Assembly (NCBI GenBank): GCA_037442605.1 | Contig: JBBIPY010000003.1 | Span: 1-35,736 of the forward strand | Direction of reading: 5' to 3' | Length of the DNA stretch: 35,736 bases | DNA from: Candidatus Omnitrophota bacterium | GTDB taxonomy: Bacteria > Omnitrophota > Gorgyraeia > DTHP01 | Part shown: positions 24,916 to 32,005 of the stretch, one piece after another | Layout: every line of letters begins with the position of its first letter | Position numbering within the stretch: position 1 is the stretch's first letter | Notes under the pieces: model-generated | Databases searched by the model: none | What the model saw: the letters and a program-made list of their open reading frames with translations, nothing else | Told to the model about the DNA's origin: nothing | Position numbers and translations under genes: made by a program

Positions 24916-25734
24916 ATGAAGACCGGAACGGATAAATTCTTAGAAGTGGCTATTCGCTCAGCAGAAAGGGCAGGAAAAATTTTAAAAGAAAATTTTGGCA
25001 GGGTAAAAAAGATTCAATCCAAAGGCAACCAACAGCTGGTGAGCAATGTGGATTTAGAAGCGGAGCGGGTGATTATCGAGACGATAAAAAAACATTTTCC
25101 TGGACACTCCATCCTCTCGGAGGAAAATCCCCGGCTGAATGCCTCGGACTACAAATGGATTATCGACCCGTTAGATGGAACGCACAATTTTGTGAAAAAT
25201 ATCCCCATCTTCGGCACCTCTATTGCCTTAGAATATAAAAAGGCAGTGATTATGGGCGTGATTTATTTTCCTTTGGATAAAAGGCTCTATTGGTCAGAAA
25301 AAGGCAAAGGTGCCTATCTAAACGGTAAAAGATTGCGTGTATCTTCCCGCAAATTATCCGATGCCACCTGTGTCTATGACAGTTCCATTAGATATAATCC
25401 TGAACCGATGACTCTGGTTTTAAGGAATTTATCCACGAAATTATTTAATCTACGGATGTTTGGTTCAAGCGCTGAACATCTGGCTTTAGTCGCTGAGGGG
25501 AGAATTGATTTGGATATCGAATTCAATGATAAGCCCTGGGACTTTGCGGCCGGCGCATTATTGGTTAAAGAGGCGGGGGGTGAATTTACCGATTTTCAGG
25601 GGAATCCCTGGAATGCCTCTATACCTAACTATGTTGCCTCCAATGGCATAATTCATCGGGAGGTACTTGAGGTTATAAAATCCGGCTTAAGTTTACCCCG
25701 AACCACAGAAAGCCACGGCTGTAAACCCCGTTAG
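24916..25734 (+). CDS. suhB: Inositol monophosphatase family protein (SuhB-like)
   Basis: Motifs LSEE, WIIDPLDGTHNF, WDFAAG. The last ~16 codons (LSLPRTTESHGCKPR*) are encoded by the 98-nt repeat element. Confidence 0.85.
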   Translation: MKTGTDKFLEVAIRSAERAGKILKENFGRVKKIQSKGNQQLVSNVDLEAERVIIETIKKHFPGHSILSEENPRLNASDYKWIIDPLDGTHNFVKNIPIFGTSIALEYKKAVIMGVIYFPLDKRLYWSEKGKGAYLNGKRLRVSSRKLSDATCVYDSSIRYNPEPMTLVLRNLSTKLFNLRMFGSSAEHLALVAEGRIDLDIEFNDKPWDFAAGALLVKEAGGEFTDFQGNPWNASIPNYVASNGIIHREVLEVIKSGLSLPRTTESHGCKPR

Positions 25735-25809
25735 AAATTTTTATTTCTAACGGGGTAAAGCCGTGGTTCGGGGTTTACACTTTAGTCCGTGACTGAAATG
25801 TAAACTTAG
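25687..25809 (+). mobile_element. MITE-like palindromic element, copy 1 (98-nt core 25687-25784 plus a ~25-nt related tail)
   Basis: Identical to 26297-26394 over 98 nt. Terminal inverted repeats are TTAAGTTTACCCCGAACCAC and, on the reverse complement, TAAAGTGTAAACCCCGAACCAC. The inner stem is a perfect 14 bp: ACCCCGTTAGAAAT-tttt-ATTTCTAACGGGGT. Confidence 0.65.
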
Positions 25810-25844
25810 AAAAGGGGCTGCTAGGTTGATGAAAGGAGGGGGGG

Positions 25845-26198
25845 ATGGATGAGAGATTGGTTTTAGAGAGCGAAGAACTGGAATTGCATAGACAGAGGCT
25901 GATGTCAGAGGCAGAGAAACTGGTTGCGGTAGTGCGGCAGAGAGAAGAGAAAATAGGAGGCATTGAGAAGGAACTTAATGATGCCCAGTGGTATTTGGGA
26001 GAAGAGAGAACGAAAAGGGCAGACTTGGAAAATAAAATGAGATGGCTTGAGCAGAAATGCCAGGATTTTGAATCTCAGATTCACCACCTGAGGACGGAGT
26101 GCGAGCGCCTCCAGAAGGAGCTCTCCGATAGCCAATGGTATCTGGGCGAGGAGCGCGCCAGGAGACAGGAAATAGAAAGCCGACTTAAGAGTGCTTGA
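25845..26198 (+). CDS. Small coiled-coil protein with an internal QWYLGEER repeat
   Basis: Strong RBS GAAAGGAGGGGGGG before the ATG. Heptad-rich sequence. ELNDAQWYLGEERTKRADLENK and ELSDSQWYLGEERARRQEIESR are repeated. Confidence 0.6.
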   Translation: MDERLVLESEELELHRQRLMSEAEKLVAVVRQREEKIGGIEKELNDAQWYLGEERTKRADLENKMRWLEQKCQDFESQIHHLRTECERLQKELSDSQWYLGEERARRQEIESRLKSA

Positions 26199-26296
26199 TA
26201 GAGAATGCCTGCTCAGAAGCGGATTTAACCCATTAGGTGGTTTTATATCTAACGGGGTTTTGCGTTAACTTCAAATCCGAGTTGCGGGCTGTAATA

Positions 26297-26419
26297 TTAA
26301 GTTTACCCCGAACCACAGAAAGCCACGGCTGTAAACCCCGTTAGAAATTTTTATTTCTAACGGGGTAAAGCCGTGGTTCGGGGTTTACACTTTATTCCAT
26401 GAATGAAATGTAAAGTTAG
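26297..26419 (+). mobile_element. MITE-like palindromic element, copy 2
   Basis: 98/98 identity with copy 1, then 21/25 in the tail. The tail reaches the stop codon of the convergent minus-strand gene. Confidence 0.65.
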
Positions 26420-27657
26420 GGAATCGGGAGATAATCAAGGCCTAACTGCCGTAATCTTTGTTCGAACGCTTGAATCCATTCGCTTAAAGACTTAAGTGCC
26501 ATATATAAATCTCCTCGGATTGCCAATTCTTGTTCTATATCTGTGACTCCCACTGAAACTATACGGTTTACGGCCTCACTTATAGTTTTTTCTCCCAGGG
26601 TTATATCAAGGGGTGCAACCTGATTTCCCCAGACTTTTTCTTCAAAATATCCTATACGCAAGCCTGCCTCTAATATGCGTTTCATTAATTTGAAATGCCA
26701 ATACATTTCATTGTTGAACTTCTGAGACAACTCGTGAAGACGATATTCTTCTTCCTCGCTGAGGTTTTCCCGTTTTCTTAGCGCAAACAGCTCTTCTGTT
26801 TCTTCCTTTGCGAGTTTGTTTGCCTGGAGTTTCTCTCCCATCAAATAAGCACTTCCAATCATATCTTTTATAGAGGCATGCCATGCCCATATAGGAGGGC
26901 TGTCCATTATCCAAGCCGTGCCGCCAAGGGTTATTCCCAAACCTCTTATAGACATGGCAGCCAGGATTGTTTGTTGGTTGTGAGGGTTTTTATAATCTAC
27001 GCCTGCCTGGGTAAGGCGTTTATCGCCAATTATAATAATGCTTAAAAGAGGCGGTGCGCGGGGATTGTCCCCAAAGAGGAATTTTCTGTCCTCAGGGGTA
27101 AGCTCACGTCCAACTTTTTTATATACATCGGAGTCTTTTAATATTATTACAAGATCAAAATCATTAGGAACAGATACCTCTTCGACAGGGTTTTGTGTTT
27201 TAAATCCCCAGAGAAAGCTGCCCTCTAGCATAACACTTAATATCTTGCCCTCTACATCTTCAAGCGTCTCTTTTATGGGTTCACCTGTGATGGCACCGCG
27301 CATATTTCTATTTAGCCATTGTGCGAGCTTCTGGGGGAATTGCTGCAAATTAATAGAGAGGATTCTTTTTTCTACCTCATTTTTTGCAGTCATCTCAAAT
27401 ATATCCCAGTAGTAATTATTAGATTCGAGTGTCCGGTGTATCTCTTCGGGCGAGATAGGGATTAAACCCCGATTTTCAGAAGAGGGTTTTAAAATCCAGG
27501 CTTGATGGATATCCCTGGTTCTTCGGAACTCTGAATAATATTTTGCGGAACTGAAATGCGATGGGATGCTTTCAGCATGGGGTATGGGATGGGATATGCA
27601 TTTAAGAGAAAACAAAAATAATGAGAAGTATCCGATAAAAAGATATTTTTTCCTCAT
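26416..27657 (-). CDS. Exported hypothetical protein with a possible Pol-beta-type nucleotidyltransferase motif
   Basis: Signal-like N-terminus MRKKYLFIGYFSLFLFSLKCISHPIPHA. LEGSFLWGF...(x)...NDFDLVIIL resembles G[GS]...DxD. The C-terminal half is helical. Confidence 0.35.
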   Translation of the reverse strand: MRKKYLFIGYFSLFLFSLKCISHPIPHAESIPSHFSSAKYYSEFRRTRDIHQAWILKPSSENRGLIPISPEEIHRTLESNNYYWDIFEMTAKNEVEKRILSINLQQFPQKLAQWLNRNMRGAITGEPIKETLEDVEGKILSVMLEGSFLWGFKTQNPVEEVSVPNDFDLVIILKDSDVYKKVGRELTPEDRKFLFGDNPRAPPLLSIIIIGDKRLTQAGVDYKNPHNQQTILAAMSIRGLGITLGGTAWIMDSPPIWAWHASIKDMIGSAYLMGEKLQANKLAKEETEELFALRKRENLSEEEEYRLHELSQKFNNEMYWHFKLMKRILEAGLRIGYFEEKVWGNQVAPLDITLGEKTISEAVNRIVSVGVTDIEQELAIRGDLYMALKSLSEWIQAFEQRLRQLGLDYLPIP

Positions 27658-27735
27658 CTTATTTGCCCTTTCTAATTCCCCTTCTACAATAAATATAACA
27701 CATTCTTCTTATTTTTCAAGGGCATCCGCTTTTAT

Positions 27736-27765
27736 TTGACATGTCTTTTATTTCTCTGCTATACT
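27736..27765 (+). promoter_or_regulatory. Sigma70 promoter upstream of dprA
   Basis: TTGACA (27736-27741), 18-nt spacer, TGcTATACT extended -10 (TATACT 27760-27765). Confidence 0.55.
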
Positions 27766-27826
27766 CTACACAATCCTTATTCGTGGTCATTAGATAAAAA
27801 TTCGTGGTAATTTGTGTATATCGACG

Positions 27827-28918
27827 ATGGAAGAGCTCGAAGCCCTAATTATCCTGAATTCTATTGAAGGCGTTGGCTTTGTAAAACTGAAACGTCTGAA
27901 AGAGAATTTTGGCAATTTTGCCAAGGTCGTTTCCCAAGGCGAGGGGGATTTAGCTAAAATTGAAGGGATAACCAAAACTTTGGCAGCAAAGATTAAAAAA
28001 GCTTTCAGGGATTTTGATTTAACAAAGGAATTTAAACTGATTAAAGAGAACGGCGTTTCTCTCCTGACTCCGGAGGACGAAAATTATCCCGATAATCTAA
28101 AAGAGATCTACGACCCGCCTTATCTGTTATATATAAAGGGAGAAATAAAAAAAACCGATAAAAATGCCCTGGCGATTGTGGGCTCGCGTCGGGCTTCTTA
28201 TTATGGGTTATCAACAGCGGAGAAATTTGCTTTCGCGCTTGCGTCCCGCGGTATCACCGTTGTTTCGGGGATGGCGCGGGGAATCGATACCCAGGCGCAT
28301 AAAGGCGCACTGAAGGCGCAGGGGCGGACCACAGCAGTCTTGGGAAGCGGCCTGGCAAATATCTATCCGGAGGAAAACAGAGAGTTAGCCGAAGAAATCA
28401 CGCAACAGGGAACTCTGGTCTCGGAATTCCCTATGGAGGCTGTTCCTTTCAGGCAGAATTTTCCCCGGCGCAATCGGGTAATCAGCGGCTTATCCAAAGG
28501 CGTGATTGTGGTAGAGGCAGCGGATAAAAGCGGGGCATTGATTACCGCTGATTTTGCCCTGGAGCAGGGCAGGGATGTTTTTGCGGTGCCGGGCAAGGTG
28601 GATTCCTTTACCTCCCGCGGAACGCATAGCCTGATCAAACAAGGAGCTAAACTGGCATCCTCCGTGGGAGACATACTGGAAGAATTAAGGCTTGACATAT
28701 TTTCTCCTAAAGGAGAAAATAATAAACCTGTCTATGAGGTAGTCTTAGAAGATAGAGAGAAAAAATTTTTTGAACTCCTGAGCGACGAGCCAAAACACAT
28801 TGATGAGCTCACAAGAGGATCCGGCCTGGGCATAACTGAGTCGTCCGATATTTTATTAAAATTAGAACTCAGGGGTTTAATCCGGCAGCTTCCGGGAAAG
28901 ATGTTCGTGAGAAAATGA
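27827..28918 (+). CDS. dprA: DNA-processing protein DprA (Smf)
   Basis: Motifs VGSRRASYYG and SGMARGIDTQAHKGAL, with a C-terminal winged-helix-like tail. ATG 27827 is preferred over TTG 27812. Confidence 0.85.
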   Translation: MEELEALIILNSIEGVGFVKLKRLKENFGNFAKVVSQGEGDLAKIEGITKTLAAKIKKAFRDFDLTKEFKLIKENGVSLLTPEDENYPDNLKEIYDPPYLLYIKGEIKKTDKNALAIVGSRRASYYGLSTAEKFAFALASRGITVVSGMARGIDTQAHKGALKAQGRTTAVLGSGLANIYPEENRELAEEITQQGTLVSEFPMEAVPFRQNFPRRNRVISGLSKGVIVVEAADKSGALITADFALEQGRDVFAVPGKVDSFTSRGTHSLIKQGAKLASSVGDILEELRLDIFSPKGENNKPVYEVVLEDREKKFFELLSDEPKHIDELTRGSGLGITESSDILLKLELRGLIRQLPGKMFVRK

Positions 28919-28977
28919 TAGAAATAGTTTACAGTTTGACCGTACACTGTAAACTTTTCGCCTGAAGGGAGGAAGTA

Positions 28978-30969
28978 GTGGCAAAGGCATTGGTGATTGT
29001 CGAGTCGCCGGCAAAGGCAAAGACAATAGATAAAATTATCGGAGAAGGATATATTGTGGAGTCATCAATGGGCCATGTTGTTGACCTGAGGGGCAGTTCT
29101 ATGTCGGTGGATATAGAGCACAATTTTACACCCCAATACCATATCCTGCCGGGCAGGAAAAAGATAATCAACAGACTGAAAAAAGCGAGCAAAGATAAAA
29201 AAGAGGTTTATTTAGCCACCGACCCCGACCGCGAGGGCGAGGCAATCAGTTGGCACATTGCCAATATTCTCGGCAAGGGCAAGAATGTTCGCCGAGTAAT
29301 TTTTCACGAAATTACCCCCGATGCAGTAAAGGAGGCATTTAAACACCCCATAGCGATTAATATGAATCTGGTCAATGCCCAGCAGGCAAGGAGAATCCTG
29401 GACCGGATTGTGGGATACTCCTTGAGTCCTTTGCTCTGGAGAAAGGTGGGACGCGGTTTGAGCGCAGGCAGGGTTCAGTCGGTTGCGGTGAAATTGATTG
29501 TCGTCAGGGAGAAAGAGATTAAAAGTTTCATCCCTCAGGAATACTGGGAGATTGAGGCGGAGTTGAAAAAGCTACAAGCTACAGGCTACAAGCTACAGAC
29601 TACCGAACAGTCAATGTTTATGGCGAAACTGGAGAAGATTGGGGAGGAGAAAGTCCAGATAAAAAATAAAGAAGATGCCGAGGGATTAGTAGCGAAGATA
29701 AATAAAGAAAATTTTATCGTTAGCCAAATTGAAATAAAGGAAAAGAGGAAAAATCCACAGGCGCCTTTTACCACAAGCAAGCTTCAACAGGAGGCCTTTA
29801 ATAAGTTGCGTTTCTCTGCGCAGAAAACAATGAAAATCGCCCAGGAACTCTACGAGGGATTGGATATAGGAAAACAAGAGACAGTGGGTTTGATTACCTA
29901 TATGCGCACGGATTCGGTGCGGGTCTCTGGAGATTCCCTCAAGGAGGTGCGCAGGTTTATTAAGGAGAGATTGGGGGAAAGGTTCCTTCCCGAAACCCCT
30001 AATCAATATAAATCCAAAAAGACTGCCCAGGAGGCACACGAGGCAATCAGACCGACCTCGGTGTTCCGTACGCCTGATAAGATAAAAGGATATCTTAACC
30101 CTGACCAGTATAAACTCTACGAGATCATCTGGAGAAGATTTGTTGCCTCGCAGATGAATCCGGCAGTCATAGAAGTCACTTCAGTGGATATAAAGGCAGG
30201 CATTTATGGTTTTGGTGCCAGCGGTTCAAAGATAGTTTTTCCGGGTTATCTGAGCATATATCCGGAAGAGGAAAATAAGGATAATATTCTGCCTGTCCTG
30301 GAAGAAGGCGAACGCTTAGAACTCCTTAGCCTGATTCCTTCACAGCATTTCACCAAACCGCCGCCGCGTTATTCCGATGCCTCTTTAGTCAAGGCGTTGG
30401 AGGAAGAAGGGATTGGTCGGCCTTCAACTTATGCCCCGATTATCCAGACCATCGTTGCCCGCGATTATGTACGTCGAGACCAGGGATACTTCTATCCTAC
30501 GGAGATGGGAACCATTATTACCGAACTGCTCGAGGAGTCCTTTCCTGATATCCTGGACTTGCGTTTTACCGCAGAAATGGAGGAGGATCTGGATGAGGTC
30601 GAAGAGGGTAAGAGGGAATGGGTGGCATTGCTACACGATTTCTACCAACCTTTTAAAAGAACGCTTAATATTGCCCAGGTATCCATGCGTAATGTAAAGA
30701 AGGAGACCTTTTCCACAGACCAGGTCTGTGAACAATGCGGCCGGCCGATGGTGATTAAATGGGGAAGAAAAGGCAAGTTCTTGAGTTGTTCCGGCTATCC
30801 GGAGTGTAAAAATGCCAAGTCCATTACTACAGGAGTGAAATGTCCTAACGAAGGATGTGGAGGCGAGCTGGTAGAGCGTAAATCCCGCCGGGGATTCTTC
30901 TACGGTTGTTCCAACTATCCTAATTGTAAATTTACATCCCGTAAATTACCCACTAAAGAAGTTGGTTAG
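28978..30969 (+). CDS. topA: DNA topoisomerase I
   Basis: GTG start after GGGAGGAAG. Toprim VIVESPAKAKTI...DPDREGE. Active-site region GLITYMRTDS. Two C-terminal Cys4 zinc ribbons. Confidence 0.92.
   Translation: MAKALVIVESPAKAKTIDKIIGEGYIVESSMGHVVDLRGSSMSVDIEHNFTPQYHILPGRKKIINRLKKASKDKKEVYLATDPDREGEAISWHIANILGKGKNVRRVIFHEITPDAVKEAFKHPIAINMNLVNAQQARRILDRIVGYSLSPLLWRKVGRGLSAGRVQSVAVKLIVVREKEIKSFIPQEYWEIEAELKKLQATGYKLQTTEQSMFMAKLEKIGEEKVQIKNKEDAEGLVAKINKENFIVSQIEIKEKRKNPQAPFTTSKLQQEAFNKLRFSAQKTMKIAQELYEGLDIGKQETVGLITYMRTDSVRVSGDSLKEVRRFIKERLGERFLPETPNQYKSKKTAQEAHEAIRPTSVFRTPDKIKGYLNPDQYKLYEIIWRRFVASQMNPAVIEVTSVDIKAGIYGFGASGSKIVFPGYLSIYPEEENKDNILPVLEEGERLELLSLIPSQHFTKPPPRYSDASLVKALEEEGIGRPSTYAPIIQTIVARDYVRRDQGYFYPTEMGTIITELLEESFPDILDLRFTAEMEEDLDEVEEGKREWVALLHDFYQPFKRTLNIAQVSMRNVKKETFSTDQVCEQCGRPMVIKWGRKGKFLSCSGYPECKNAKSITTGVKCPNEGCGGELVERKSRRGFFYGCSNYPNCKFTSRKLPTKEVG
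29571..29605 (+). repeat. Heptanucleotide tandem repeat inside topA (GCTACAR x4 plus one degenerate unit)
   Basis: gctacaa gctacag gctacaa gctacag actaccg, encoding KLQATGYKLQTTE. Confidence 0.85.
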
Positions 30970-31068
30970 TAGATAGTTACTTAGTAGCTTAGTGCGTAGT
31001 GGTTTAGTTTCTATTCAACTAAAAACTAACCAACTAAACACTAAAAACTAACAAACTAAACTACTAAT
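30965..31068. repeat. About 100-nt imperfect hairpin made of TTAGT-type repeats and their complements (ACTAA)
   Basis: Left arm ttagtagatagttacttagtagcttagtgcgtagtggtttagttt. Right arm aactaaaaactaaccaactaaacactaaaaactaacaaactaaactactaa. It fills the topA-xerC spacer. Confidence 0.7.
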
Positions 31069-31072
31069 AAAA

Positions 31073-31939
31073 ATGGAACGCTATATCGAGAAATTTATCA
31101 ATTACCTAAAGATTGAAAAGAACTATTCCGAGCACACCGTCATTAATTACGCTCTTGATTTAAGAATTTTCTCGGCGTTTCTAGAGGGGAAATCCATAGA
31201 AGAAATAGAGCATTTGGATATAAGAAGATTTTTAGCCGAGTTAAAAGCCAGGAATCTCTCCAAGAAGACCATCGCCAGACGGGTATCCTGCCTGAGAAGT
31301 TTCTTCAGGTTCTTGGTGAGAGAGGGTTGCATTAAGAGCAATCCTGCCTTATCTCTGCGCGCCCCTAAGATGGATAAGAAATTGCCCCTCTTTTTGACCG
31401 TAGACGAAGTAACCCGGTTAATAGAATCTCCCGAAAGCGACTTATCGGGCCTGCGGGATCGGGCGATTATGGAAACTATTTATAGCACAGGGATGCGGAT
31501 TTCGGAATTGATGGGGTTAGATATTGAGGATGTGGATTTTATCGGAGGGGCGGCTAAGGTCAGAGGTAAGGGGAAAAAGGAGCGCCTGGTGCCCATTGGC
31601 GACCGGGCGCTGAAGGCAATAAAGGATTATCTGGAAGCAATGGCCCCCGCTTTTAGAGACAATAAAGCGCTCTTCCTGAATAATCGGGGAAGAAGGATTA
31701 CGGTGCGCGGTATACGCCTAATCCTGGATAAGTATGTTATAAAGACCGCCTTGAGAGAGAAGATTTCCCCTCACACTCTGAGACACTCCTTTGCCACACA
31801 CCTTTTGGAAAGAGGCGCAGACCTGCGTTCGGTTCAGGAACTCTTAGGACACGTCAATCTTTCTACTACCCAGATTTATACCCATGTTACCACGGAACGC
31901 TTAAAGGCAGTCTATGAAAAGGCGCATCCGCGGGCATGA
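31073..31939 (+). CDS. xerC: Tyrosine site-specific recombinase XerC/XerD family
   Basis: Catalytic signature ARRVSCLRSF, HTLRHSFATHLL, LGHVNLSTTQIYTHV. Lies in a dprA-topA-xer context. Confidence 0.85.
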   Translation: MERYIEKFINYLKIEKNYSEHTVINYALDLRIFSAFLEGKSIEEIEHLDIRRFLAELKARNLSKKTIARRVSCLRSFFRFLVREGCIKSNPALSLRAPKMDKKLPLFLTVDEVTRLIESPESDLSGLRDRAIMETIYSTGMRISELMGLDIEDVDFIGGAAKVRGKGKKERLVPIGDRALKAIKDYLEAMAPAFRDNKALFLNNRGRRITVRGIRLILDKYVIKTALREKISPHTLRHSFATHLLERGADLRSVQELLGHVNLSTTQIYTHVTTERLKAVYEKAHPRA

Positions 31940-31942
31940 GTA

Positions 31943-31998
31943 GCAAATGGCAAATGGCAAATGGCAAATAGCAAATGGCAAATGGCAAATGGCTAATG
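31943..31998. repeat. Heptanucleotide tandem array (GCAAATG x8)
   Basis: gcaaatg x3, gcaaata, gcaaatg x3, gctaatg, between the xerC stop and the waaA start. Confidence 0.9.
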
Positions 31999-32005
31999 GT
32001 AGGAT

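Noticed and set aside
25687-26419. CRISPR array hypothesis for the repeated element
   Set aside because: There are only two copies. The repeat unit (98-123 nt) is far longer than CRISPR repeats. The 'spacer' is a 512-nt segment containing a well-formed gene. No cas genes are present in the window.
31073-31939. The tyrosine recombinase as an integrase of a mobile element linked to the tRNA-Phe att-like repeat
   Set aside because: It sits in the conserved dprA-topA-xer housekeeping arrangement, about 3.5 kb from the tRNA with waaA and thi4 in between. It has typical XerC/D length and motifs. There is no evidence that it belongs to an island.
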